Shown: piece by piece, positions 39,836 through 50,913 of the stretch
Layout: each line of letters starts with the position of its first letter
Numbering within the stretch: the first letter of the stretch is position 1
Assembly: GCA_015485355.1 (NCBI GenBank)
Contig: WFTQ01000035.1
Location: 19,572-83,571 of the forward strand
DNA from: a bacterium
GTDB taxonomy: Bacteria > Calditrichota > Calditrichia > RBG-13-44-9 > J042
Direction: 5' to 3'
Length of the DNA: 64,000 nucleotides
Made by a program: the position numbers and the translations under genes
The notes under the pieces: generated by a model
What the model saw: only the letters and a program-made list of their open reading frames with translations
Told to the model about the DNA's origin: nothing
Databases searched by the model: none

Positions 39836-41017
39836 TTACTCATGGTCGACATCCCGGGATCGCAATCGCAACATGCCGTAGCCGACGACGCCCGACAAAA
39901 GCGACCCTAATAAGATGGCCAGCTTATCGGTATACTGAAACAGGGTATCGTCTTCAAACGCCAGGGTGAGAATAAAAAGGCTCATGGTAAATCCGATCCC
40001 GGTCAGGACGGAAACACCATACAATTGCCACCAGTTGCTTCCTTTCGGCAGGCGGGCCAGGCCCAGCTTAATGGCGGCCCAACTGAATCCAAATACTCCC
40101 AGTTGTTTTCCCAGAAACAATCCCAGTAGAATTCCCAGGGGAACGGGTCCGGTCATTTGTTTCAGGGACATTCCTTCCAGATTCACGCCGGCATTGACAA
40201 AAGCAAAGACCGGGAGAATAAAAAACGCCACCCAGTGGTGCAAGTCGTGCTCCAGTTCTTTCAGGGGTGAAACCGGTTTTCCCTCCTCGTCGCGGGCCAT
40301 CAGCGGGACGGTGAAAGCCAGCGCCACCCCGGCCAACGTGGCATGCACACCGGATTTTAACACGCTTACCCAGAGTACCATGCCCACTCCAAAATAGGCG
40401 GCCCGCCGCACCACACCAAAATAATTCAGCCCGATCAGGATGGTTAACGCTACAGCGGCAACCGTCAGGGAAGTCAGCGATAATTTCGAAGTATAAAAAA
40501 TGGCGATGATGACAATGGCTCCCAGATCATCAATAATGGCCAGAGCCATAAGAAAAATTTTCAGAGACACGGGTACTCTTTTCCCCAGCAACGACAGGAT
40601 GCCCAGGGCAAAGGCGATATCGGTGGCGGTGGGGATCGCCCAGCCGTTACGTGCCACAGGATCGTCCAGATTAAAAAACAGGTAAACAATGGCCGGCACC
40701 AGCATTCCCCCAACGGCCGCGATTCCTGGAAGGGCCGCCTGTTTCACCGTCGACAGATGTCCCTCCAGAATTTCCCGCTTCACCTCCAGACCCACTAACA
40801 AAAAGAAAATGGCCATTAACCCATCATTCACCCAATGGTACAGCGATTTATCTACATGCAAGGCCCCTATACGCACTTCTACGGGAATGTGTAAAAAAGC
40901 CTGATACCAGGACGATAAGGCTGTATTGCTGACCAACATGGCCACCACCGTGGTGAACATCAACACAATACCACCGGCCGACTCCTTTTGAATGAACTCC
41001 TCAATCGTTGCTTTCAT
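39836..41017 (-). CDS. nhaA: Na+/H+ antiporter NhaA
   Basis: 393 aa, 11-12 TM helices. WVNDGLMAIFFLLVGLEVKREI is the NhaA signature region. Confidence 0.9.
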   Translation of the reverse strand: MKATIEEFIQKESAGGIVLMFTTVVAMLVSNTALSSWYQAFLHIPVEVRIGALHVDKSLYHWVNDGLMAIFFLLVGLEVKREILEGHLSTVKQAALPGIAAVGGMLVPAIVYLFFNLDDPVARNGWAIPTATDIAFALGILSLLGKRVPVSLKIFLMALAIIDDLGAIVIIAIFYTSKLSLTSLTVAAVALTILIGLNYFGVVRRAAYFGVGMVLWVSVLKSGVHATLAGVALAFTVPLMARDEEGKPVSPLKELEHDLHHWVAFFILPVFAFVNAGVNLEGMSLKQMTGPVPLGILLGLFLGKQLGVFGFSWAAIKLGLARLPKGSNWWQLYGVSVLTGIGFTMSLFILTLAFEDDTLFQYTDKLAILLGSLLSGVVGYGMLRLRSRDVDHE

Positions 41018-41382
41018 CTATCATTCCCTCTATTCATTTGGTTTTCCAGACGAATTTGCTTTCTCCACTGGGGCAACCAGCCCGGGTGCACCGTGAGGCC
41101 AATGATAATTTTCCCCGAAAAGGAAATCAAGGCGAAAAATTCTTTTAGATCCTTAAAAACCGATGCATTATGCCCCACCTCTTCGATCATCTTCTTTAGC
41201 ATCGAATATTCTACAGTGGGTTTGAGAATATTTTTCATTTTTTCCTGGGTCGTTTCTCTGCACCCCCCACTAACCCACAACCGCTTATTGAATTTCCCAA
41301 CATTATCCCCTCATTTTCCTTTCCCTCTTTTCTGGCACATATATTGAAGCCTTATTCAAAGCCCAAAAGAAAGGGGTTCACC

Positions 41383-44295
41383 ATGTTGACAATAGCCGAC
41401 ATCGTCATCCGTCACCGATGGAGTATCATTTTGCTGATGACCATCCTGACCGTGGGGATGGGTTTTCTGGCCACCCGGGTCGAACTGAACGCCGACTTTT
41501 CCACCTATTTACGCCAGGATGATCCGCTGGTAGAGCAGTTTAATCGGATAGGCGACATCTTCGGAGGAAATTCTATTGGGATTGCCCTATTATCCTCGGA
41601 GGATATCTTCACCCCTGAGAACTTCAACCTGCTCCGGGAATTGACGAGTGCTTTCCAGGAGGTAGAAGGCATTGCCTATGTAACCAGCCTGACCAATGTC
41701 ATCGACTTCCGGCAAACGGAGGAGGGACTGGAGGTTCGTGAACTTCTCGGTGGAGGGAATCTTCTCACTTCCCCGCCAGACCTCGCAGCCTTAAAAGAGT
41801 ATGTGATGCCAAAGGATCGTTACGTTGGCCGTCTGGTTTCTCGGGACGGAACCACAGCAGCCATGGTATTACGCTTCCAGGGAGGGGTCAATCAATTTGC
41901 CACCTCTTTGCGGGTCAAGGCACAGGCCGAGGAAGTGCTGAAACGTCTTCCGGTGCCGGAAAACACCCGCCTCTATTTTGGTGGCCTGCCATTTCTCATT
42001 TTCAACATGACCCTATTGATCACCGAGAATTTGACGGTGCTGGTCCCATTGATGATACTGGTTTTGCTTTTAACTCTCTATATGGGTTTTCGCCATTGGG
42101 CGGGCGTGGTCTTCCCCATGCTGGTGGTGGGGGTGAGTGTGATCTGGGTGTTGGGCTTGATGGGCTTGACGGGACTGCAGATGGATTTGTTAACGGGCAT
42201 TGCTCCGGTGATTTTGCTGGCCCTGGGGAGCGCCGACGGCATCCATTTATTAAAACGATATTTTGAACGGCGCCGGCTGGGCGAATCGGCCCGAGAAGCT
42301 ACACAAAAGGTTTTTAAAGAAATGGGAATCCCCATCTTCCTCACTACCGTGACCACCACGGTCGGTTTTGCCTCCCTGGCCATCTCCGATTTCGCCGTCA
42401 TTCAACAATTTGGTTTGTTAACCGCTCTGGGTATCCTTATCGCCTTATTGGTCACCCTGACCCTGTTACCCGCCCTACTATCTTTCGGAGTAACCCCGAA
42501 AAAAACACCGCCGGGAAAGAAAAAACGGTACGGCTTCGGCGAAGGACTGGGACGGTTCATTGATTATCGGAAAAAGCCGCTTCTACTTGCCACGGGGCTT
42601 ATCGTCATTGCGGCCCTCTTCGCCTTGCCCCGCATCGAAAAGGATGTGGATTGGACCCTGTGTTTGCAGAAAGGCAGCGGGCCGTTCCACGCCGAAATGT
42701 TGCTTCGGGAAACATTTGGGGGATCGCTGCCCATACAAATCCTGGTCGAGGGCGACTTACGCGATCCCGCCATACTCAAACTCATGCTGGAAATCGAACG
42801 TCGTCTGGAAGGGGTTCCGGGCGTCAGCACATCTCAGTCCATCGCCGGATTGATTGCGGAACTCAATCAGGTCCTGAACGACGCCTATACCATCCCCGAT
42901 GATCGCCAGGGAGTCAGCAATCTCTGGTTCTTTCTGGAAGGTCGTCCCCTGCTGGACCAACTGGTATCTCAGGAGGAAGAGAACGCTTTGATACAGGCCA
43001 AGCTTAATACCTGGCACACCGCCTTTTTAGTAGCCGCAGTGGATAGCATTAACCGTCTGCTCCAACAGTATCAACGCCCTCTGGTGGCCATTGCACTCAA
43101 CCGAGTAGCGCCATCCATTCGAGAAAAATGGCTCCCAATTCGCCGGGAGCAAATGATGAGGGATTTTCAACTGAACCTGCAGCGCTATGGGATAGAGCTT
43201 CCCATCCGGGAAATAAAACAGGTAGTGGATCTGGCGCTCAATCCGGTAGCGATTCAAAATGGAGCCGCGGTGCTGACCCGGACAGCCCTGGCTTACCTGA
43301 CCGGCCCGGAGGCCGAGGCGGAGTTGCCCTTTTCCACGGCCCGGGGTATCAGTCGGGCAATCGGCAATGCGCTGGCCCGCAGGGCGGTGGTGGATACCTC
43401 CCAAATCCACCACATCCTTCTGGAACAGGTGCCCACCCTGCCACCCGAGGACATCGATTGGCTGGCCCGCTCGTTAACCGCATTGCTGCAGGAACAAATG
43501 GAACGGTTACAATTGCAACCCGCCCTAAATGATCTACAAGCCCTGATCCCCGCCGATCATCAGAACAACAGCAACCTCCGGCGCGATTTGAAAGGCACGT
43601 TGTGGCGGACGCGGGACCCCATCCTCATCGCCGCCGCCGAAGACGTGGCCCGGATTTTTCCTGAGACCCCCGAACGATCTTTGCGTCCCGTAAACATGCG
43701 AGTTGTCCAGACGGGTTTAGCCCCCGTCCTGAAGCGCATGGAAGAAGAACTCACCCCTACCCAGGTGGAGAGCCTGACGATCACCATGGTACTGGTCATC
43801 ATCCTGCTGGCTTTTATCTTTCGCTCGTGGGTGGGAGGGGTGCTGGCGGTGGTTCCTATTTCTTTAACCATCCTGATTAATTTTGCGGTCATGGGTTATC
43901 TGGGTATCGGCCTGGACTCCTTTACCGCCATGATCGCCTCTGTGGCCATTGGTCTGGGTATCGATACGGACATCCATTTTATTTCTCGTTTTCGAGAAGA
44001 AATGAAAACGAGTCCCAGCCGCCTCGCCGCCTTACAACGCACCCTCAACACCACAGGAATCTCCATTATCATCAATGCGCTGGCCGTGGGTATGGGCTTT
44101 CTGATCCTGCTGGCCGCTGGTGGACAACACATCCGCCGCTTTGGCGGCTTAACAGCCCTGACGATTTTTATCAGCGCCTTGTTTACCCTGACGATCCTGC
44201 CGGCATTGCTATTAACGATACAACCCAGGTTCTTACGACAGACACCCCCAACAAAGGCGCCTGTGGAAACCCTATCGAAGAGAAAATCCGGGTGA
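41383..44295 (+). CDS. RND-superfamily exporter of the MMPL/HpnN type (two sterol-sensing-like transmembrane domains)
   Basis: About 970 aa with two 6-TM bundles, each preceded by a periplasmic domain. An AAAGGGG RBS sits 8 nt upstream of ATG 41383. The ORF track starts at 41344. Confidence 0.75.
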   Translation: MLTIADIVIRHRWSIILLMTILTVGMGFLATRVELNADFSTYLRQDDPLVEQFNRIGDIFGGNSIGIALLSSEDIFTPENFNLLRELTSAFQEVEGIAYVTSLTNVIDFRQTEEGLEVRELLGGGNLLTSPPDLAALKEYVMPKDRYVGRLVSRDGTTAAMVLRFQGGVNQFATSLRVKAQAEEVLKRLPVPENTRLYFGGLPFLIFNMTLLITENLTVLVPLMILVLLLTLYMGFRHWAGVVFPMLVVGVSVIWVLGLMGLTGLQMDLLTGIAPVILLALGSADGIHLLKRYFERRRLGESAREATQKVFKEMGIPIFLTTVTTTVGFASLAISDFAVIQQFGLLTALGILIALLVTLTLLPALLSFGVTPKKTPPGKKKRYGFGEGLGRFIDYRKKPLLLATGLIVIAALFALPRIEKDVDWTLCLQKGSGPFHAEMLLRETFGGSLPIQILVEGDLRDPAILKLMLEIERRLEGVPGVSTSQSIAGLIAELNQVLNDAYTIPDDRQGVSNLWFFLEGRPLLDQLVSQEEENALIQAKLNTWHTAFLVAAVDSINRLLQQYQRPLVAIALNRVAPSIREKWLPIRREQMMRDFQLNLQRYGIELPIREIKQVVDLALNPVAIQNGAAVLTRTALAYLTGPEAEAELPFSTARGISRAIGNALARRAVVDTSQIHHILLEQVPTLPPEDIDWLARSLTALLQEQMERLQLQPALNDLQALIPADHQNNSNLRRDLKGTLWRTRDPILIAAAEDVARIFPETPERSLRPVNMRVVQTGLAPVLKRMEEELTPTQVESLTITMVLVIILLAFIFRSWVGGVLAVVPISLTILINFAVMGYLGIGLDSFTAMIASVAIGLGIDTDIHFISRFREEMKTSPSRLAALQRTLNTTGISIIINALAVGMGFLILLAAGGQHIRRFGGLTALTIFISALFTLTILPALLLTIQPRFLRQTPPTKAPVETLSKRKSG

Positions 44296-44557
44296 CGTTC
44301 GGCGGACTAACCATTTTCCCTTCGCGATGGGATTGGGAACATCCGGTATGCGTTTGCGTCTCAAACGGAACGATGGGTCATCAGCCCATACATTTAGGGG
44401 TACCCAATGGCCACACCACCCAATCACCGTCCCGTTAGGGACGGTATGCCCATAGACCCCAAGCGGGTAAATTATGGAAATCAGGCGTGTCATCGTTGTG
44501 GAGCGAAGCATCTCCCTTGCTGTTCCAACCTACCACTGACGATCAACCAATCTTGTT

Positions 44558-44583
44558 AAAGAAACACTCGGTTTCTTTTTGGA
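44558..44583 (+). terminator. rho-independent terminator after the MMPL gene
   Basis: AAAGAAAC-acucg-GUUUCUUUUUGG. Confidence 0.55.
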
Positions 44584-44712
44584 AAACGTCATGGGCTTTC
44601 CCTCAAGCGGCAGGATGTTCTTGAATGGGATAGGGTCGTTTCAGTGGATAGCCCAGGAGTGTGCGCAGTTCCCAACGCGTATCGAATCCCTGACACCACT
44701 TGTTCAAAGAGA

Positions 44713-45816
44713 TTATTTTTGCAGGATTTTCCAGCGCCGTTGCTTCGTGGAATCGATACCCAGCACGGTAAAGGGAATGCGTCCCAGCAGCAGGCCGTCC
44801 TCGGTTTCCACATCCACGCGCCAGCGTCCTGGACGAATGCGGCGTTTATACGTATATCCCCGATACCCCTCCCGGCGTCCCCCTCGAATGACAAACCGGC
44901 GCCGATCGGTGGTCAACCAGCGGTTCCGATCCTCTTCGTATACCTGCCAACGATGGACGATGTCCTTCTGCAATTGGGTGGGAGCAAACACAGCCGTAAA
45001 ACAGAACACCGTATCCCCGGGCATCCAACGAAAGGGGTGATCCTGGCGTTTCCAGAACTGATACCAGGCAGGGCGTTCCATCTTTAATTCATACACATCC
45101 CCCATTCGCTGTACCCGATGATACACCCCTCCAAATTTTAATGAAAGGGGCACTGGAGGAATCCAGTTGAGAAAATAAAATAACAGAAAGAGGCCCAGTA
45201 AGCCTTGCAACATCCATCCCATTCGTCGAAACCGCGAGGAAGAAATGACCTGATATTTACTATACAACAGCCACCACACGCCCAGGGAGACGAACATACC
45301 GACCAGGGCCGCCAGTAAAAACATCCCCACGTTCATCCGATGGGTAACAACCGGTAAGAAGAAGATAAAGAAAGAAAATCCCACCAGAAAATGAAGTCCA
45401 CCCTGTAAGTACATATTTTCCAGCCGCTTCTCTAAGAATTCATTACCGATGAACAGCACCACCAATAATCCCCAAAAAACAGCGCTTTTAGTAAAAGATG
45501 CGCTCTGAAAATAGAACACCACGTAACTGCTGAATAATCCTCCAAAAAAGAATTGAACGGCCAGAGGGTACCAGGGGCGCAATCGATACAACAAGAGGAA
45601 CTTTACCCGTTCCGCATCGACCAGATGCATAAGCAGAATAGAGAGCGTGGCCAGCGTGTAATAGGCCAATAATATCAGATTGTCGGAAAGCCGATCGATA
45701 CGGGTCAGGGTGAGGCTGTCCCAGACAAATCCTCCCACAAAGGCCGCCATCGGGAAATACCGCCGATACGGTTTGAACTTCCCTTCTATAACCGAAAGTC
45801 TTCTCCATCCGTTCAT
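44713..45816 (-). CDS. membrane protein with a C-terminal DUF2914-like domain
   Basis: The N-terminal half has about 7 TM helices. The C-terminal soluble domain …VYHRWQVYEEDRNRW…DGLLLGRIPFTV… resembles DUF2914. Alternative start at 45750. Confidence 0.5.
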   Translation of the reverse strand: MNGWRRLSVIEGKFKPYRRYFPMAAFVGGFVWDSLTLTRIDRLSDNLILLAYYTLATLSILLMHLVDAERVKFLLLYRLRPWYPLAVQFFFGGLFSSYVVFYFQSASFTKSAVFWGLLVVLFIGNEFLEKRLENMYLQGGLHFLVGFSFFIFFLPVVTHRMNVGMFLLAALVGMFVSLGVWWLLYSKYQVISSSRFRRMGWMLQGLLGLFLLFYFLNWIPPVPLSLKFGGVYHRVQRMGDVYELKMERPAWYQFWKRQDHPFRWMPGDTVFCFTAVFAPTQLQKDIVHRWQVYEEDRNRWLTTDRRRFVIRGGRREGYRGYTYKRRIRPGRWRVDVETEDGLLLGRIPFTVLGIDSTKQRRWKILQK

Positions 45817-46123
45817 GGCTTATCCGTATGGCATATTGATCAAAGGCATCGGGGCATTCCTCCGGCTCAACGAGACTGAGGACCAGAACGTTCCCTTGGC
45901 CCATCCGAACCGTACCTTAAAAACAGGCCCCCATTGCCGGGGTTTCACCAACCGTCTCCACCGCATGGCCCAAGCGTTGTCCCCTCCCCCACAGCCGCTC
46001 AGTGATCCACGGCGGGGCTGTTCCTCCCACAATCCGCCCTAACGGCCTCCGTCCGGTTTGGCTCACCGTTTCACCCAACACCCGGATCGGCAGAGTGGTA
46101 ACCCGACCACGGCCAATCTTCCT

Positions 46124-48727
46124 TTATTCCACCGGGGGATACAAATCATACCACCATTCCGGTTGGTCCTTCAACCAGCGATCGAACCAGGCCAGGATCG
46201 TTCGCTGCCACATCCGTCGTTTTTTATAGTCCAGAATGTGATGATTCTGATCCAAAATTTGGACATATTCGACCTTCTTACCCAGAATTTTCAATGCGGC
46301 AAAGAATTGAGTACTTTCCCCCGGAGGCACATTGGTGTCCACCGTACCATGCAAGAGCAACAAAGGATTCTTCACCTTATCGGCCCGGAATAAGGGGCTC
46401 TGGTCAACATAAATATCTTTACGGTTCCAGGGGAAGCTGTAGGCGGCGGACATGGCATTGTAGATATAACCCCAGTAGCCTTCTCCCCAATAACTGGAGA
46501 TCGAGCTGATGCCGGCATGGGCGATGCCGGTGGCAAAGATATCGGTTTGGGTCATCAGAAGCATGGTCATAAACCCACCGTAGGATGCCCCAATGGCTCC
46601 CACCCGGGATCGGTCCACAAAAGGATGCGCTTCCAGAAATTGGGTAACCCCATCGATAATTTCATCGGCCACCCGTTTTCCCCAATCGTTAACGTGCAGG
46701 GCCGAAAATGCTTGACCGTATCCCGTTGCCCCGCTGGGTTGCAAAACGTACACCACATAACCCTGGGCGGCAAAGAGGTTTTTGGGGTAACGTCCACCGA
46801 AGGCACGATTGGTGGGATTTACCCCACCATAATAATACACAATGCAGGGATAAGTTTTCCGGGGATCGAAATCCGGGGGATAATAAATGCGACCCTCAAT
46901 TTCCACCCCGTTCCGGTTGAGGAAATTCCACTTCTCGACCTTCCCGAATTGCACGTGACGAAAATCTTCTGCGGAAGGATCCGCCAGCACCCGGTAACGG
47001 TTCCGCCCCAGATCCATTATCATGGCCACATGGGGTCGGGTGGCACTGGATCCATAGTAGACGCCCACAGGCCTTTCCCGGGCCAGGCGAAAGCTGTTTA
47101 TCACCTCAATGCCTGTATCCAGTTTTCGAAAGCGCTTCCGGCGCCAATCGCATCGATACAGATTTCGATACTCCCGGTCGATCGTCAAAAAGTATATCGT
47201 TTTACCCTCCCCGGCCCAGTAGGCATCCACAATATCGGGAAGAAAATCGTTGGTCAAACATTCAACCTCCCGGGTATCCAGATCCATCAAATACGCCTGG
47301 GTGTCGAACTCATTGGGTATCACTCCTTCGGGAACGGCATGGCCCAGTTTACCAAACATGGACGGTCCCCCCAGAAAGAGTAATTTCTTCCCATCGGGAG
47401 ACCACTTAACCTTGTCGAACCAGCGCCCCACAAACAGGGTATCGACCTGCAGGGTGCGCAAATGCAAACGAAAAACTTCGCTCTGCACGTAGGGCCGGGC
47501 TTCGTAATCATCCCGCTCACGCTCAAAAATCAGCCATTGGCCGTCGGGACTGATGGCATCCAGATCGGTGCTCAAAGCGCCTGCAGTCAATTGCTGGCGG
47601 ATACCGGACAGGACATCCACCCGATATAAATAGGTGCGATTCCGGGACCAGGGCCAGCGATCCCTTAGATTTAGGACCCGCTTTACTCCCGTTTTATTTT
47701 CAGGAGCCTTTTCCTCCACTTCGTACACGATGAACCGGCCGTCGGGGGACCAGAGGTGCGCTGTCAAATTGGGGATACCTTCCAGCAGCAGGCGGGTATC
47801 TCCGGTTCGCACATCCACAATCCACAGATTGTTTTTCTCTTTTTCCCGCGTGGTATACGAAAATTGTTTACCGTCCGGCGCCCATTTCACCGAGCGGATA
47901 CTTTTCCCTCCCCGGTACGTCTCCACCAGCGCCCCATCGGCCACCCGGCGCAACTCAATCCAGTTTTCGGCCTTGCCTTCGGGGGGAATCACCCGTCGAA
48001 GGGTTACCGTGGCCAGTTCTCCATCCGGGGAAATCGATACACCCGTGACTTTGGGTCCCTCCAACAAATGCCGAATGTTCATCCAGTGAGTGGGATCGGT
48101 GCCCATTTGAAGCGCATTCCGGCCAAACGTTGTATCGATTTTAAACCGCGCCTCGATATCCCAGGGTAGGTCTTCTCCGGGTTTTCGGACGGTTTTAATG
48201 ACGATCAAATGCTTGCCGGTCTCCAGTTTAACGGTGGCCTTCACTGGAGCACCGGACGCTTCCGCATCGACTTTTTCTCTTACCGCCACCGACTTCCCGT
48301 CTACAAACACCCGAAACAACTGGGGGCTGCTTACCTCCAGGCGGGCTTTTACCCACCGGGTCGCCCGCACATAGGTGGCCAGAAAGGCGACCTGAGGCAC
48401 CGCCGGCACCGGTAAAGGGGCTATACTGATGCGACCTTCTTCCGATTGCACCTCCCGCCAACGGCTCACGTCTCCCATTGGCCAACGGACTTCCTGAAAT
48501 TTCTCCGGCCAGACCGCGGCCACCAGCCCTTCATCAAATTTCAACAAATCCGCCAATACAAAGGGAGTCTTTCCCTCGTCATGAAAGGCGGGCAAGGGTT
48601 GTTCCACAGGCCCTAAAAGCAGCCACCGGTCGATCACTATTTGGGGAGACTTCTTCTCCCCTGGCAAAACAATGGCCGTACTTAAAAGGATGAAAAACAC
48701 CCCAACCAACCCGTTTATGCGCTGCAT
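46124..48727 (-). CDS. S9-family serine peptidase (prolyl oligopeptidase / dipeptidyl peptidase type) with N-terminal beta-propeller domains
   Basis: Signal peptide MQRINGLVGVFFILL… with an AGGAGG RBS 8 nt upstream. Propeller repeats (WSPDG… three times). The C-terminal alpha/beta-hydrolase has GASYGG (nucleophile elbow) and downstream Asp and His. The ORF track extends to 48841. Confidence 0.85.
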   Translation of the reverse strand: MQRINGLVGVFFILLSTAIVLPGEKKSPQIVIDRWLLLGPVEQPLPAFHDEGKTPFVLADLLKFDEGLVAAVWPEKFQEVRWPMGDVSRWREVQSEEGRISIAPLPVPAVPQVAFLATYVRATRWVKARLEVSSPQLFRVFVDGKSVAVREKVDAEASGAPVKATVKLETGKHLIVIKTVRKPGEDLPWDIEARFKIDTTFGRNALQMGTDPTHWMNIRHLLEGPKVTGVSISPDGELATVTLRRVIPPEGKAENWIELRRVADGALVETYRGGKSIRSVKWAPDGKQFSYTTREKEKNNLWIVDVRTGDTRLLLEGIPNLTAHLWSPDGRFIVYEVEEKAPENKTGVKRVLNLRDRWPWSRNRTYLYRVDVLSGIRQQLTAGALSTDLDAISPDGQWLIFERERDDYEARPYVQSEVFRLHLRTLQVDTLFVGRWFDKVKWSPDGKKLLFLGGPSMFGKLGHAVPEGVIPNEFDTQAYLMDLDTREVECLTNDFLPDIVDAYWAGEGKTIYFLTIDREYRNLYRCDWRRKRFRKLDTGIEVINSFRLARERPVGVYYGSSATRPHVAMIMDLGRNRYRVLADPSAEDFRHVQFGKVEKWNFLNRNGVEIEGRIYYPPDFDPRKTYPCIVYYYGGVNPTNRAFGGRYPKNLFAAQGYVVYVLQPSGATGYGQAFSALHVNDWGKRVADEIIDGVTQFLEAHPFVDRSRVGAIGASYGGFMTMLLMTQTDIFATGIAHAGISSISSYWGEGYWGYIYNAMSAAYSFPWNRKDIYVDQSPLFRADKVKNPLLLLHGTVDTNVPPGESTQFFAALKILGKKVEYVQILDQNHHILDYKKRRMWQRTILAWFDRWLKDQPEWWYDLYPPVE

Positions 48728-49003
48728 AAGTGTATCCTCCTGATAAAGTTTCATCGACGCATTCATTCCATCTATCGATCTTGCCCCCGAGACAGGGGGA
48801 ATTCCCACAACAACACCGGCGGAACGTTTCCCACCGCACAATACGGGAAGTGGTAAACATACAATCGGTTGACTGAAAATCCAATGGCCACTCCAATTTT
48901 CGACCCGATGGAACGGAACCTACGGAGCCCATCCATGAATATCATCAGCCCCATCCCTTCGTCGGGTTTCGGATATGGGTATGGCTTCCCCCACGTTTTT
49001 TCT

Positions 49004-49414
49004 TCAATGGGTTCGCCGCTGGGGGCAACCGATGGTTCGGGAGCGTCGAACCCGGGGAAAAGGCGGAGTTCCAGTGATCAGACGGGCCCCTTTTTTGCGG
49101 GTAAAATAATCCCAGGCCCACTGAAACATCACCATCAATTTGTTATCGAATTCGATGAGATACCAGATGTGAACGAACAACCAGGCCACCCAGGCCGGGA
49201 ACACCGTCAGTTGTCCCTTCCGAAAGCGAGCCACCGCCCGATTTCGCCCGATCACCGCCAGGCTTCCTTTGTCTCGGTAGCGGAAGGCGCCCGCCGGCCG
49301 GCCACGCATCGATCGGAGAATAGAACGGGCCGCATACAATCCCCCAAACCCTCCGCCCACAATCACCACGTGGGGTTGCGGTGTATCTTTGGAAGTCAAG
49401 GATTTCCGGCGCAT
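49004..49414 (-). pseudogene. ndh: internally deleted remnant of a type-II NADH dehydrogenase (NDH-2)
   Basis: The 136-aa ORF joins the NDH-2 N-terminal Rossmann start (HVVIVGGGFGGLYAA…) directly to the conserved NDH-2 C-terminal tail (…DKGSLAVIGRNRAVARF…FPAWVAWLFVHIWYLIEFDNKLMVMFQWAWDYFTRKKGARLITG). The roughly 330 residues that normally lie between them are missing. Confidence 0.65.
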
Positions 49415-49605
49415 TATTTACCTCCCCGATTGCGATTTAAAAATCGAAAGCGATTGCCGGCCGGTAAGAACGAGAGTTGCCGCTCGAAGAAGCAATGCCT
49501 GCTTTTCGCGGGCTTTCCCCCACAGCGTTTGCCGTCGCGATGGGAACCGTGGAAACCCAGGATGGTTTTGCCGCATGCGCCCGGGGATCGCCTTCCGCCA
49601 GGCGA

Positions 49606-50910
49606 TCAGTGGGAATCGCACAACCATTCGCATAAACGGTCGATGGCGGTAACGGTGTTATTACAATAGTAATACAAAAAATCTTTGTTGAGGTGTTTTT
49701 TGTGGGGGATTTGCTCCGCCGCTGAAAGGGCTCGGGCTCCGTCAAAGTCCACGTAAGCAATCCGTACGGTGAATTCTTCCAACGGTCGCCCGAAAACCCA
49801 TCCGGGCAAGACGGCGACTCCCGTTTCCAGTAACAATTTTTCCGCCAGCTGCTGGCTGGTCAGAATGCCCTTTTTCATCAATTTTTCCCGAAAGGGTTCA
49901 AAATCGGGGAATAGATAGAAGGCTCCGCGCGGCTCCGCCACCCCAACCCCGGCCCTTTTCAACTTTTGATACAGGTAACGACCCAGACTTCGCAAAATGC
50001 GACGGGCCTGCCAGAGATAGTGCTCGATCTCCAACCCGCCCTTAAACGCCCTCACGGCAGCATACTGGATTGGCGCAGAGGTGGAAGTAAACGTCTCCGA
50101 AGCCACCACTCCCATGGCATCCCGGAGCCAGTACAACGATTTAGGAAAAACAAAACAGCCCAGCCGCCAGCCTCCGGCGCCACACCATTTGCTTAAACCG
50201 CTACTAATAATGGTCCCCTCGGGATAGAAACGGGCAATCGATACATGGCGGCCGTTGTGGTGGAGTTCCCCATAAATTTCGTCCGACAAAAGAACGATTC
50301 GGTAATGGCGGGCCACCCGGGCAATGGCCCGCAGCTCCTCCACGTGATACGTTGTGCCTGCGGGATTGGAAGGATAATTTAAGATGATCAAACGCGGTCG
50401 ATCGGGATCGGAGCGACACAAATCCTCGATCTCTTCCGGCGTGATTTTCCACTCGGTCATCAAACCGGTGCCCAGCCAGGAAATCTGGCGTCCCACAATG
50501 CGGGCCTGGGGGGCATAGGAAACCCAGCTGGGATTGGGTATAACCAGGTCTCCGTAGTAGACCAACTGCAAGATGAACATCAGCTCCTTGGAACCCGGGC
50601 CGATAATGACATCTTCCGGATGGCATCCCAGGCTTTGGGTTCGACAAAAATAGTTGGCAATGGATTCCCTTAACTGAGGCAGGCCGAAGACGGGCAGGTA
50701 ATCTTTTTGATGGGCATTGGCCTTCAACTCCTCCACCACGGGGGTGGGCACCGGAAACGGCGACTGTCCCAATCCCAGACGAAACACCTGCCTGCCTTCG
50801 CGTAAAAATTGACGACAAATATCATTGATCTTCAGCGTGGCGGACTGTTCCATGCCGCGCACATTGAGATTCAGATTCACATGCGGCGCCGTTTTTCGTA
50901 TCGAAACCAT
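49606..50910 (-). CDS. PLP-dependent aminotransferase, class I (aspartate aminotransferase family)
   Basis: 434 aa. NPSNPAG and the PLP-lysine context SGLSKWCGAGGWRLG. Stop lies 4 nt after the upstream transporter gene, suggesting an operon. Confidence 0.8.
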   Translation of the reverse strand: MVSIRKTAPHVNLNLNVRGMEQSATLKINDICRQFLREGRQVFRLGLGQSPFPVPTPVVEELKANAHQKDYLPVFGLPQLRESIANYFCRTQSLGCHPEDVIIGPGSKELMFILQLVYYGDLVIPNPSWVSYAPQARIVGRQISWLGTGLMTEWKITPEEIEDLCRSDPDRPRLIILNYPSNPAGTTYHVEELRAIARVARHYRIVLLSDEIYGELHHNGRHVSIARFYPEGTIISSGLSKWCGAGGWRLGCFVFPKSLYWLRDAMGVVASETFTSTSAPIQYAAVRAFKGGLEIEHYLWQARRILRSLGRYLYQKLKRAGVGVAEPRGAFYLFPDFEPFREKLMKKGILTSQQLAEKLLLETGVAVLPGWVFGRPLEEFTVRIAYVDFDGARALSAAEQIPHKKHLNKDFLYYYCNNTVTAIDRLCEWLCDSH

Positions 50911-50913
50911 GGA

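Noticed and set aside
45900-45950. Possible terminator hairpin (CCCCGgcaaUGGGGG + UGUUUUU, minus strand) after the S9 peptidase gene
   Set aside because: The stem is only 4 bp with a G·G mismatch, and it lies about 180 nt past the stop. Too weak to call.
48869-49669. 266-aa plus-strand ORF between the S9 peptidase and the aminotransferase
   Set aside because: Low-complexity translation. The opposite strand carries the recognisable NDH-2 remnant, which explains this region better.
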